64,000 bases of DNA from an uncultured Acidimicrobiales bacterium. Its GTDB lineage: Bacteria; Actinomycetota; Acidimicrobiia; Acidimicrobiales; SHLQ01. Shown piece by piece: positions 29,424 to 38,555 of this stretch. Under the pieces are notes generated by a model. The model was not told the DNA's origin, searched no databases, and saw nothing but the letters and a program-made list of their open reading frames with translations. Both the position numbers and the translations under genes were made by a program. The stretch is from contig CALHTB010000082.1 of NCBI GenBank assembly GCA_938038785.1, positions 2,419-66,418 on the forward strand. Direction: 5' to 3'. The number at the start of each line of letters is the position of its first letter. Position 1 is the stretch's first letter.

Positions 29424-30878
29424 GTGAAGAAGTACTTGCTGCGCACCTATGGGTGTCAGATGAATGAACACGATTCCGAGCGAATCGCCGGGCTGCTCGA
29501 AGCCGATGGGTATGAGGCGACGACCGACGTGTCCGAAGCAGATGTGGTCATGCTCAACACCTGCTGCATTCGCGAGAACGCCGACAACAAGCTGTATGCC
29601 GCCCTCGGCGACCTGAAAGTCGAGAAATCCAAGCGCCCAGACATGCAGATCGCGGTCGGCGGATGCTTGGCGCAGAAAGATAAAGACATTGTGGCCACCA
29701 AGGCCGGCCACGTCGACGTCGTGTTTGGTACGCACAACGTGCACCGAGCCAGCGAACTTCTGGCCGAGAGCCGCGAGCACGGCCAGATCGTCGAGATCCT
29801 CGAAGCTGCCGTCGACGCAGAACACGCTGCCTTCCCGTCGGCGTTGCCCGAAAAGCGTGAGGTTGACTACGCCGCATGGGTCACCATTCAGATTGGATGC
29901 GACAACAGCTGTGCGTTCTGCATCGTGCCATCGGTTCGAGGCCCCGAGATTTCTCGTCCGTTCGGTGACCTCGTTCGCGAGGTCGAGCACTTAGCCAAGG
30001 ATGGTGTTGCCGAGATCACTCTGCTTGGGCAGAACGTCAACAGCTATGGCCGCGACATCACCCTGAAACTTGGAGGCCGCCAGGCTGAGGATTTCGACGT
30101 TCACGAAGCCGGTGCATTGTGGATCGAAGGAGGCCGTCGTCGTGGCCGCCCACTGTTCTCCGACTTGCTCCGAGCTACTGGCGCGGTGCCGGGCATCGAG
30201 CGGGTGCGCTACACAAGCCCGCACCCCAAGGATCTCAAAGCAGACACGATCGCGGCAATGGCCGAGGTTGATGCCGTGTGTAACCACCTGCACTTCCCGT
30301 TGCAATCTGGCAGCGACGAGATTTTGAAGCGTATGCACCGTGGCTACACCGCCGAGAAATACCTTGACCGTCTTCATGCTGCACGCGCTGGCATCGATGA
30401 TCTTGCCATCAGTACCGACATCATCATCGGATTCCCCGGCGAAACCGAAGATGACTTCGTCAACACGCTCGAGGTGGCAGCCGAAGCTGAGTACGACTCG
30501 GCGTACACCTACGTGTTCTCGCCGCGCGAAGGCACCGAGGCTGCCGAGATGGCAGACGACTTTGTTCCCAAAGAAATCACCAAGGAGCGGATGGAGAGAC
30601 TGCACAAGGTGATCAACCGTTCGGCTACCAAGAAGAGTTTGGCGCGTGTTGGCCGCATCGAAGAAGTGGTGATCGAGGGCCCGTCGAAGCGAAACCCAGG
30701 CGTCATCACCGGGCGAACTCGCCAAAACAAGTTGCTGCACTTCGATGGCGACCTGAAGGCTGGCTCGGTCGCAATGGTCGAAGTGACCGATGCAAAGTCG
30801 CATTACCTGCTGGGTGAACTCCGTGAGGTTGTTCGGGGCCCACGAGTACGAACAAAGATCCCTGTCATTGCCGGATGA
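29424..30878 (+). CDS. miaB: tRNA-i6A37 methylthiotransferase MiaB
   Basis: VKKYLLRTYGCQMNEHDSERIAG (UPF0004 domain), radical SAM motif IQIGCDNSCAFCIVP, TRAM domain at the C-terminus. The track ORF opens at 29379. The GTG at 29424 fits the family N-terminus better. Confidence 0.9.
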   Translation: MKKYLLRTYGCQMNEHDSERIAGLLEADGYEATTDVSEADVVMLNTCCIRENADNKLYAALGDLKVEKSKRPDMQIAVGGCLAQKDKDIVATKAGHVDVVFGTHNVHRASELLAESREHGQIVEILEAAVDAEHAAFPSALPEKREVDYAAWVTIQIGCDNSCAFCIVPSVRGPEISRPFGDLVREVEHLAKDGVAEITLLGQNVNSYGRDITLKLGGRQAEDFDVHEAGALWIEGGRRRGRPLFSDLLRATGAVPGIERVRYTSPHPKDLKADTIAAMAEVDAVCNHLHFPLQSGSDEILKRMHRGYTAEKYLDRLHAARAGIDDLAISTDIIIGFPGETEDDFVNTLEVAAEAEYDSAYTYVFSPREGTEAAEMADDFVPKEITKERMERLHKVINRSATKKSLARVGRIEEVVIEGPSKRNPGVITGRTRQNKLLHFDGDLKAGSVAMVEVTDAKSHYLLGELREVVRGPRVRTKIPVIAG

Positions 30879-31392
30879 GCTCGAAGCGCTGCGGCTCAAC
30901 GGTCGGGCCACCGACTCACAGTTCGCACAGAACCCCTTGCCGGTCGCCCGCGCCATGGGGCGAGCATTAGCCGCGCTCCATAGGTCGCCGGTGCCTCAGG
31001 GTCTTGCGAGCCGCACCAACCACGAAGTCGCGGCTGCGTTGGCTGCCCTCGACTCGGGAGCGCCCCAACCTCCACCGTTTACTCGAGTTAGCGTTGAAGC
31101 GATCCGCTCCACCCTTGCAAAGGCGCCCGAGCGCTCGAACGTGGTGCTGACCCACGGTGCCCCGATCGTGGCAAACGTGGCGCTTACTGACTCGATTGCG
31201 ACGTTCGAATCGAGTGGCGATGAGGGGCTCGACCTGCCCGAGCGCGATCTGGCGATCGTTATAAGGTCGATCGCCGAGACGTTCACGTCCGAGGTGGCGG
31301 CCACGTTCCTCGAAGGGTATGTCGAAGGTGGAGGGCAGCTTCCGCACGGCCCGACCCTCGACTGGTATGGCGTTGTGGCGGCCTTTCGGTGA
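30790..31392 (+). CDS. Aminoglycoside-phosphotransferase-fold protein, short and apparently catalytically degenerate
   Basis: APH-like C-lobe: VVLTHGAPIVANVAL where HGDxxxxN is expected, and DLPERDLAIVIRS. The start is uncertain, because the ORF opens inside miaB. GTGA stop/start overlap with miaA at 31389-31392. Confidence 0.5.
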   Translation: MQSRITCWVNSVRLFGAHEYEQRSLSLPDELEALRLNGRATDSQFAQNPLPVARAMGRALAALHRSPVPQGLASRTNHEVAAALAALDSGAPQPPPFTRVSVEAIRSTLAKAPERSNVVLTHGAPIVANVALTDSIATFESSGDEGLDLPERDLAIVIRSIAETFTSEVAATFLEGYVEGGGQLPHGPTLDWYGVVAAFR

Positions 31393-32327
31393 GCACGGTC
31401 TTCGCCCAGCCACCGTTGTGCATTCTTGGCCCAACCGCATCGGGAAAGTCCAGCGTTGCTATGGCAGTGGCCCAAGCCGTTGACGGGGTCGAGCTCGTAT
31501 CGATCGACTCGATGCAGGTATATCGGGGCATGGACATCGGCACCGCGAAACCAAACGCGGCCGAACAAGCTGCGGTTCGCCACCACCTCATCGACCTAGC
31601 TGACCCGGCGGACAACTTCACCGTCTCGATGTTTCAAGATGCGTGGCACGAGGTTGCTGGCGACATCGCGGGCAGGGGAGCAACACCGATCCTTGTTGGA
31701 GGGACTGGGCTGTACCTTCGTTCGGTCATCGATTCCCTCGAACTGCCCGGGGTGTACCCCGAGGTGCGCGCCGAGCTCGACGCTCGCATCGATGATCTTC
31801 CCGGCTTGTACGCCCAGCTTGTCGAGCTCGACCCGCTAGCGGCTTCCCGAATGGATGCAAACAACGACAGGAGACTGCTCCGGGCCCTGGAGGTCACACT
31901 TGGGTCGGGTCGTCCTTTCTCGTCGTTCGGGCCGGGCATGGAGGACTATCCCGATGTTCCGTTCACCCTTTTAGGCCTGCGTCTCGACCGTGAACGGATG
32001 ATCAACCGAATCAACGCTCGCTACGACGTGCAGATGTCCGATGGGTTTCTCGACGAAGTTCGATCACTTATCGAGCGGGAAAACCCGATTGGTCGAACGG
32101 CTCGCCAAGCCCTCGGTTACCGGGAGCTCTTGACCCATCTCGAAGAGGGCGTACCAATCGAGGATGCGCTCGAAACCGCCCGCGTGCGAACTCGGCGGTT
32201 TGCCCGTCGTCAGATGAAGTGGTTTGAACGTGATCCAAGGATCGAGTGGATCGATCTCGACTCGGGTGGCGAGGTCTCCCACGTTGAAGCAATAGAGCGG
32301 GCTACATCTTTGGTCGGTAGGAAGTAG
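31389..32327 (+). CDS. miaA: tRNA dimethylallyltransferase MiaA
   Basis: P-loop ILGPTASGKSSVA, SIDSMQVYRGMDIGTAKP, HHLIDL. Confidence 0.92.
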   Translation: MSTVFAQPPLCILGPTASGKSSVAMAVAQAVDGVELVSIDSMQVYRGMDIGTAKPNAAEQAAVRHHLIDLADPADNFTVSMFQDAWHEVAGDIAGRGATPILVGGTGLYLRSVIDSLELPGVYPEVRAELDARIDDLPGLYAQLVELDPLAASRMDANNDRRLLRALEVTLGSGRPFSSFGPGMEDYPDVPFTLLGLRLDRERMINRINARYDVQMSDGFLDEVRSLIERENPIGRTARQALGYRELLTHLEEGVPIEDALETARVRTRRFARRQMKWFERDPRIEWIDLDSGGEVSHVEAIERATSLVGRK

Positions 32328-32625
32328 CCGCTCGGTCAACTTGGGTGCCTCCGAATACGGCGCCTGCCGCAATGCCCAGCGGAACCGTGAAGAGCCCGAA
32401 CACGACCGTTGGTTGACCAATTGCGCCACAGTTCGCAACGCCGCCAAAACACATGCCCGAAGTCAGCGCAATGGTGATGAACCCTGCAGCGAGCCCGCCC
32501 GCGATAGCCGATGCTGCGATGAAGTAGTGGCCCATACGCGGCCGGCGCGAAGCAACATGTGCTTGGCGCACAGCCTTTGGCAGCTCGTACCTGCGCTGTG
32601 GTGTCAGGTCATCCTCATTCCACAT
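32302..32625 (-). CDS. Small Gly-rich membrane protein (hypothetical)
   Basis: Two to three hydrophobic segments. Convergent 26-bp overlap with the miaA 3' end. Confidence 0.45.
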   Translation of the reverse strand: MWNEDDLTPQRRYELPKAVRQAHVASRRPRMGHYFIAASAIAGGLAAGFITIALTSGMCFGGVANCGAIGQPTVVFGLFTVPLGIAAGAVFGGTQVDRAATSYRPKM

Positions 32626-32722
32626 AACTCCAGCGTCCCAGCGCTGATTGCACCGATCAATAGGTCAAGTGGTCGGGGTCTATGAGGCCCGCTCGTGGCC
32701 TCACCCGGCCATACTGGACCCG

Positions 32723-33532
32723 ATGCATCTCACCAAGCACCACGGTCTCGCGAACGACTTTCTCGTCACCTTCGTCGACGAGGTTCCCAAACGCGCCCGC
32801 GAACTTGCGATCGAGCTGTGCAACCGTCGAACGAGCATCGGCGCAGACGGCCTGATCTTCGGTATGGACAACGGATCGACGATCATGCGGCTCTACAACG
32901 CTGATGGGTCGTCCGCCGAGATCTCCGGGAACGGCCTGCGCTGCTTCGTGCAGGCAGTTGCAATGCGTCGTGGCGTGCAGTCCCTCGAAATCGACGTCGA
33001 CACGCTCGCTGGCGTTCGCGCATGCTCACTCGAAACAACCGAAGACCCAGCGATTGCCTTCGCCTCAACCGACATGGGTGAAGTCACCGCAGGTGATGAC
33101 CCCGACGACGCGTCGTTTCTCGACAGCATCGACGGTCTGCACGGGGTGAACCAATGGGCGCTCGGCGCGGTTGGCAACCCTCATGTTGTGATCGATGTAG
33201 ACGACCCGTCCTCGGTTGATCTCGCCCACGTCGGCCCGCAGATCGAAGCCCACTTTCCTCATGGGGTCAACGCGCACTTCGTTCGCGCCAGTGGCAAAGA
33301 CCAAATCGACCTCTTCGTCTGGGAACGTGGCGCTGGCATAACCCAAGCATGCGGCTCCGGAGCGACCGTGTCGGCCCAGCGCGCCCACGAATGGGGGCTC
33401 GTCGGCGAACGGGTCGCGGTGGTGATGCCCGGCGGGAGCGCTCAGGTCGACGTTGCGAACGCCGAACGAAACACGGCTGTGCTTAGCGGTCCGGCTACCT
33501 TTGTTGGCAGCATCGAGGTGCCACGTGGGTGA
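32723..33532 (+). CDS. dapF: Diaminopimelate epimerase
   Basis: From the ATG at 32723: MHLTKHHGLANDFLV. Catalytic Cys regions NADGSSAEISGNGLRCF and GITQACGSGA. Confidence 0.9.
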   Translation: MHLTKHHGLANDFLVTFVDEVPKRARELAIELCNRRTSIGADGLIFGMDNGSTIMRLYNADGSSAEISGNGLRCFVQAVAMRRGVQSLEIDVDTLAGVRACSLETTEDPAIAFASTDMGEVTAGDDPDDASFLDSIDGLHGVNQWALGAVGNPHVVIDVDDPSSVDLAHVGPQIEAHFPHGVNAHFVRASGKDQIDLFVWERGAGITQACGSGATVSAQRAHEWGLVGERVAVVMPGGSAQVDVANAERNTAVLSGPATFVGSIEVPRG

Positions 33533-34964
33533 CGATTATCAGGGTTCAGGCGAAGTGAACCCGACGGACTTTACGTCCGATCACCGTGGAGCATTTGGTG
33601 AGTACGGTGGCGAATCCTTAGGCCTCATCGATCGCTCGTTCCGCGAGCGCATCGTCCTTGTCGGGGTCACGATGCCCGATGGCAGCGCAGATGAGACCGA
33701 CGCATCTCTCGACGAGCTCGCCCTGCTCGTCGACACTGCTGGTGCCGACGAAGTTGGCCGCATCCACCAACGACGCCAAGCGCCCGACGCCGCCACCTTC
33801 GTGGGCAAGGGCAAAGCCCAAGAGATCAAAGACATGTCGCTCGCCGTTGACTCCGACACCGTCGTGTTCGACGACGAGCTCAGCCCGGCTCAGCAAGGCA
33901 ACCTCGAAAAGATCCTCGGCCGGTCCGCCCTCGATCGCACCGCGGTCATCCTCGACATCTTTGCGCAGAACGCCTCAAGCACCGAAGGTAAGGCTCAGGT
34001 CGAGCTGGCTCAGCTGAAGTATCGGCTGCCGCGTCTACGGAGTTCCAGCCGCACGTTCTCCCAGCAAGGTGGCGGCATTGGCACCCGAGGTCCGGGCGAA
34101 ACCCAACTCGAGGTCGATCGCCGACGACTCGTTCGCCGAGTGCACAAGCTCGAAGAAGACCTGCGCAAGCTCGAGAAGAACCGGGCCGTGCAGTCCAAGG
34201 CCCGCAAGCGCACGTCGAACCGCCGGGTGGCGCTGGTTGGGTACACGAACGCTGGCAAGTCGTCGGTGCTGAATCGGTTGACGAAAGCCGACGTGCTCGC
34301 TGAGGATCGCTTGTTCGCAACCCTCGATGCCACCACCCGAAAGCTCGCAATGCGCGGCGGCGAAATGGTCTTTCTCACCGACACCGTCGGGTTTGTCCGC
34401 AAACTCCCAACGCAGTTGGTCGAGGCGTTCAAGAGCACGCTCGATGTTGTCATCGACGCCGACCTGCTGTTGCACGTCGTCGACGCGTCAGCCCCTGACG
34501 TGCAAGGCAACATCGACGCCGTTCGCCGCACATTGCACGCCATTGGTGCAACCGATGTGCCCGAGCTCATGGTGTTCAACAAGCTCGACCTACAGCCCGA
34601 TATCAGCGGCCTTCAGGGTCGCTATCCCGGTTCGATTGGTGTGTCGGCCCACGATGGGACCGGCCTCGACCTTCTACTCGAAACGATTAGCGACCGGCTC
34701 CGCTCGCTGACCGAACTGGTCGAGCTGGCAATTCCCTACCACCGAGGCGACGTCCTGGCCAAGGTACATCGTGAGGGCCAGGTGCTCACCGAACTCGCTG
34801 GCGACAACCACATGACAGTGCGGGCTCGCCTCGACCCCGACTCGAAGGGCCGTCTTCGTGAGTTCCTTGTCGGTGACAGCGTCATCGTCGAGCCCGACGA
34901 GCCCTGGGACGGCCCGAATCCTGAGCACATCGAGAGCGCAGTTGTTGAGGCTGAGGACGAATAG
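33525..34964 (+). CDS. hflX: GTPase HflX
   Basis: GKAQVELAQLKYRLPRL, G1 GYTNAGKSS, G3 DTVGF, G4 NKLD. The GTG at 33525 overlaps the dapF stop. Confidence 0.9.
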   Translation: MGDDYQGSGEVNPTDFTSDHRGAFGEYGGESLGLIDRSFRERIVLVGVTMPDGSADETDASLDELALLVDTAGADEVGRIHQRRQAPDAATFVGKGKAQEIKDMSLAVDSDTVVFDDELSPAQQGNLEKILGRSALDRTAVILDIFAQNASSTEGKAQVELAQLKYRLPRLRSSSRTFSQQGGGIGTRGPGETQLEVDRRRLVRRVHKLEEDLRKLEKNRAVQSKARKRTSNRRVALVGYTNAGKSSVLNRLTKADVLAEDRLFATLDATTRKLAMRGGEMVFLTDTVGFVRKLPTQLVEAFKSTLDVVIDADLLLHVVDASAPDVQGNIDAVRRTLHAIGATDVPELMVFNKLDLQPDISGLQGRYPGSIGVSAHDGTGLDLLLETISDRLRSLTELVELAIPYHRGDVLAKVHREGQVLTELAGDNHMTVRARLDPDSKGRLREFLVGDSVIVEPDEPWDGPNPEHIESAVVEAEDE

Positions 34965-34973
34965 AGTGCGGCC

Positions 34974-36086
34974 ATGCCGTACGTTCTGCCTCCATATCCC
35001 TACGACCGCCTGAACACGTTCAAGGACCTGGCCGTCGAACTTCACGGTTCGGCGATCAACATGTCGATCGGTGCACCGCACGACGCCCCACCACAGGCGG
35101 TCATCGACGCTCTGGCAACGTCGGGCCTCGAACGGGGATATCCACCCTCGGTAGGCCGCCCCGAGTTCCTGCAGGCGGCAGCAGACTGGCTGCAAAGCCA
35201 ATGTGACGTCGCAATTCCGACCTCCCAGATTGGCGCGACGGTTGGGCTGAAAGAGTTTGTTGCTGGCCTGCCCCATTGGCTCAAGCTCAAGGACCCCTCA
35301 AAAGACACCGTGTTGTATCCCGCAGTGTCGTACCCCAGCTACGAAATGGGCGCTGACTTGGCTGGTTGTCGAGCCGTTCCCGTCCCGGTCGACGAGCACT
35401 GGCGTATTCGCCTTGACGCAATCGATCCCGCCGATGCCGATCGAGCGTTGCTTCTGTGGGTCAATTCACCAGGCAACCCTGCCGGTGGCATGGACGACTT
35501 GGGTGCTGCTGCCAACTGGGGGCGTGCCCACGGCGTGCCAGTCGTTAGCGACGAATGCTACATCGAGTTCACGTGGAACGGCCCAGGCCAGACCATCTTG
35601 CAACACGAAACCGACGGCGTCCTGGCAGTCCACAGCCTGTCGAAGCGATCAAACCTCGCTGGTGTACGCGCTGGCTATTACGCCGGTGATGCCGAGCTCG
35701 TCCACTGGCTGCGTGAGATCCGTAAGCACGTAGGCGCCATGGTTCCGGGGCCAACCCAGCACGCCGCTGCTGTTGCCTTGGCGGACCAAGAACACGTCAC
35801 CACCCAGAAGGCGCTGTATCGCCAACGCATGGAAGCCATGATCACGTTCTTGGGCAAGCTTGGTCTCGAAGCAACCATGCCCGAAGGCAGCTTTTACCTG
35901 TGGGTTCGGACTCCCGACGGCGATGGCTGGCATTGGGCCGAGAAGCTCGCCCGCGAGGTCGGCCTCATTGTTTCGCCAGGCGACTTCTACGGGGCGGTCA
36001 GCAACAACTACATACGGGTTGCGGTTGTCCAAGACGAAGAGGCAATCGCCGAGCTCAATCGTCGTCTGGCGACCGCCACCGCCTAA
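34974..36086 (+). CDS. dapC: Succinyldiaminopimelate aminotransferase (actinobacterial DapC type)
   Basis: MPYVLPPYPYDRLNTFK N-terminus. Class I aminotransferase PLP-Lys region SLSKRSNLAGVRAGY. Confidence 0.85.
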   Translation: MPYVLPPYPYDRLNTFKDLAVELHGSAINMSIGAPHDAPPQAVIDALATSGLERGYPPSVGRPEFLQAAADWLQSQCDVAIPTSQIGATVGLKEFVAGLPHWLKLKDPSKDTVLYPAVSYPSYEMGADLAGCRAVPVPVDEHWRIRLDAIDPADADRALLLWVNSPGNPAGGMDDLGAAANWGRAHGVPVVSDECYIEFTWNGPGQTILQHETDGVLAVHSLSKRSNLAGVRAGYYAGDAELVHWLREIRKHVGAMVPGPTQHAAAVALADQEHVTTQKALYRQRMEAMITFLGKLGLEATMPEGSFYLWVRTPDGDGWHWAEKLAREVGLIVSPGDFYGAVSNNYIRVAVVQDEEAIAELNRRLATATA

Positions 36087-36095
36087 CCTTCGAAC

Positions 36096-37163
36096 ATGGC
36101 TCACCCCCTGCTCCAGCTCACCGCCGACCTGATCGACATGCCATCGGTCAGCTTCGAAGAGGCCGCAATTGCCGACTGGTTCGAGGCCGAACTCGGCAAG
36201 ATTCCCGGTCTCGAAGTCACCCGTGTTGGTGACAATGTCGTGGCCCGAACCAACCTTGGGCGAAAGTTCCGCCTGGCACTCGGCGGGCATCTCGACACGG
36301 TCCCGGTCAACGACAACGCCACCGCCCGCATCGAAGGTCAGGTGCTGCACGGACTCGGCGCGTCGGATATGAAGGGTGGCCTTGCGGTCATGCTCGAGCT
36401 CGCCCGCACGGTGACCGAGCCAGCCGTCGACGTTACGTACGTGTTCTATGCCCGCGAAGAAGTAGCGGCCGAGCACAATGGACTGCGAGAGCTCTTTGCG
36501 AAGGTCCCTGATCTCCTCGCGGCCGACGTTGCCATCTTGGGTGAACCAACCGACGCCGTCGTCGAGGCAGGCTGCCAGGGCACCATGCGAGCCAAAATCA
36601 CCTTGCGGGGCGCTCGGGCACACACCGCACGGCCATGGATGGGTCGAAACGCAATCCACCGGCTTGGTGCTCTGCTCGCAACACTTGACGATCTACCGTT
36701 CCGCGAGCCGGTCATCGACGGATGTACGTTCCGCGAAGCGCTCCAGGCCGTGTTTGTTGGCGGGGGAGTGGCTGGCAACGTCGTTCCCGACGAAGCAACG
36801 GTCACCGTGAACCACCGGTTCGCACCTGATCGCACTCCCGCCGAGGCCGAGGAGTACGTCCGCTCGGTCGTGGCGCCGTTTATGGAAGAAGGCGACACGT
36901 TCGAACTCACCGACATGTCGCCGCCCGCCAAGCCCGACCTTCGCCACCCGCTCATGGCATCGTTCCTCGGCCGCAACAACGTGATGGTGCGGGCCAAGCT
37001 CGGATGGACTGATGTGGCGTTCTTCGCTGAGCAAGGAATCCCAGCGGTGAACTTTGGTCCGGGCGATCCAACGTTGGCCCACACCCAACAAGAGCACCTC
37101 AATGAGGTGCCCCTGATCGTGGCCTACACGGCCTTACAAGATTTGCTTACTACCGGCGTGTGA
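36096..37163 (+). CDS. dapE: Succinyl-diaminopimelate desuccinylase
   Basis: M20 peptidase motifs: GGHLDTVP, GASDMKGG, and the REE acidic residues in ARREEVAAE. Confidence 0.88.
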   Translation: MAHPLLQLTADLIDMPSVSFEEAAIADWFEAELGKIPGLEVTRVGDNVVARTNLGRKFRLALGGHLDTVPVNDNATARIEGQVLHGLGASDMKGGLAVMLELARTVTEPAVDVTYVFYAREEVAAEHNGLRELFAKVPDLLAADVAILGEPTDAVVEAGCQGTMRAKITLRGARAHTARPWMGRNAIHRLGALLATLDDLPFREPVIDGCTFREALQAVFVGGGVAGNVVPDEATVTVNHRFAPDRTPAEAEEYVRSVVAPFMEEGDTFELTDMSPPAKPDLRHPLMASFLGRNNVMVRAKLGWTDVAFFAEQGIPAVNFGPGDPTLAHTQQEHLNEVPLIVAYTALQDLLTTGV

Positions 37164-37193
37164 GAGAGACGGCTCTGACCTAACCGTCTCTCC
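37164..37193. terminator. Hairpin between convergent dapE and lexA (no clear U-tract)
   Basis: gagagacgg / ccgtctctc 9-bp stem with an 11-nt loop. Confidence 0.4.
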
Positions 37194-37205
37194 CCACAAT
37201 TCGAA

Positions 37206-37838
37206 TCAGTATCGGCGCAATACGGTGACAACCTTGCCGCGGATTTCGACTTCGCCAGCTTTGTAGACCATTGGCTCAAGGCTGTCGTTTGCCGGTAGCA
37301 GCGTGACGGTGTTGCCCTTTGCGGTGTAGGTCTTGACCGTTGCCTCTTCGCCGGGAATGCCCGCAATGACGATCTCGCCGTTGCGAGCGGTGCTCTCGCG
37401 GCGAACAACCACGAAGTCACCATCGTGGATACCGGCGTTGATCATGGACTCGCCGCGAACGCGGAGCATGTAGAGCTCGCCCTCACCGGTGAACTCGGTT
37501 GGGAGCGGCATGAGCTCTTCGACGTTCTCATGTGCGAGGACGTCGGTGCCGGCAGCAACATCGCCAACGAGTGGAACGTGGGTGACCGCGGCGCGCTCGA
37601 TGACAGCTCCGGAGTTGGGGTCGTAGCGAACTTCGATGGCTCGTGGCTTGGACGGATCGCGCCGGAGATAGCCAAGCTTCTGGAGCGTGTTGAGGTGGCT
37701 ATGCACCGTTGACGGAGAGGTAAGGCCAACGGCCTTACCGATCTCGCGAACAGAGGGCGGGTAGCCGCGTTCTCGGTTTTGGGAGTCGATGAAGTCGAGT
37801 ATCGACTGCTGGCGGTCGGTCAGATTTGTGCCACTCAT
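37206..37838 (-). CDS. lexA: LexA repressor
   Basis: From the ATG at 37838: MSGTNLTDRQQSILDFI...GYPPSVREIG (wHTH). Cleavage region VAAG, S24 peptidase GESMINAGI ... NGEIVIA. The track start at 37874 would cover an SOS box. Confidence 0.92.
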   Translation of the reverse strand: MSGTNLTDRQQSILDFIDSQNRERGYPPSVREIGKAVGLTSPSTVHSHLNTLQKLGYLRRDPSKPRAIEVRYDPNSGAVIERAAVTHVPLVGDVAAGTDVLAHENVEELMPLPTEFTGEGELYMLRVRGESMINAGIHDGDFVVVRRESTARNGEIVIAGIPGEEATVKTYTAKGNTVTLLPANDSLEPMVYKAGEVEIRGKVVTVLRRY

Positions 37839-37866
37839 TGGGTCGCTTTCAGTGTTTGGGTGTTCG

Positions 37867-37882
37867 TCGAACAAAGTTTCGA
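37867..37882. promoter_or_regulatory. SOS box TCGAAC-AAAG-TTTCGA upstream of lexA
   Basis: One mismatch from the TCGAAC-N4-GTTCGA mycobacterial-type consensus. Confidence 0.65.
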
Positions 37883-37923
37883 TTCACACGTTGCATCGTA
37901 CAACTGTTCGTACTATACATAGG

Positions 37924-37935
37924 GAACGGAAGTTC
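37924..37935. promoter_or_regulatory. SOS box core GAAC-GGAA-GTTC in the lexA/LysM divergent region
   Basis: Perfect GAAC-N4-GTTC. Weaker half-matches at 37898-37913 and 37954-37965. Confidence 0.6.
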
Positions 37936-38105
37936 GCCAAACACATGTTCGCCGAACAATCGTACCCGGTCAAGGACCTTCGAGAATTCTCGAAGTTGGG
38001 TGGAGGCCAGTCCTACGAACCCTGCGGCACACGTCGCAACAGTTCACCCGGAAGATCGTGCAAAATCCAGCCGCAGGGCCTGTGATTTCAACGGTTTCCC
38101 GGTAA

Positions 38106-38549
38106 GTGTCACACCCCAGGAGAATACTGATGACCATGACCTTCACCACCTCGACCTTCACCGACTCGACCTTCACCGACACCTCGCACCAGCCAGCCCA
38201 AATCCGCCCTCGTGTCCGGACCCACGCCGCACCCAAAGCGCCGGTGTCCATCAATCTGCTGTTCGCAGCTGTACTTGGTGTGGCCATTATCGTGGCGCTG
38301 GTGGTGTTCGGCGGTGACGCAGCAGCGAACAGTCCGCTCGAACCGGTCTCGGCCAATTCCGAGATCGTCGATGCCATCGAGGTGTACGTCGTTCAACCCG
38401 GGGACACGTTGTGGGCCATCGCTGGCGAAATAGCTCAGCCGGGTGAGGACGTCCGCCCCATCGTCGACGAACTCAAGGTCATCACCGGCGGATCACAACT
38501 CGATGCCGGGCAACGGATCGTTATCGATCACACGACGATCCGGGGATAG
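38106..38549 (+). CDS. LysM-domain membrane protein (ChiZ/Rv2719c-like position, divergent from lexA)
   Basis: TM segment LLFAAVLGVAIIVALVVF, then LysM YVVQPGDTLWAIAGEIA...LDAGQRIVI. The N-terminus carries a TFT(T/D)S tandem repeat. The start may be the ATG at 38133. Confidence 0.8.
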   Translation: MSHPRRILMTMTFTTSTFTDSTFTDTSHQPAQIRPRVRTHAAPKAPVSINLLFAAVLGVAIIVALVVFGGDAAANSPLEPVSANSEIVDAIEVYVVQPGDTLWAIAGEIAQPGEDVRPIVDELKVITGGSQLDAGQRIVIDHTTIRG

Positions 38550-38555
38550 TGGTGG

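Noticed and set aside
29991-30956. 321-aa minus-strand ORF opposite miaB
   Set aside because: It is antisense to an unambiguous MiaB and has no family features.
35649-36659. 336-aa minus-strand ORF spanning dapC/dapE
   Set aside because: It is antisense to two clear DAP-pathway genes and crosses their boundary.
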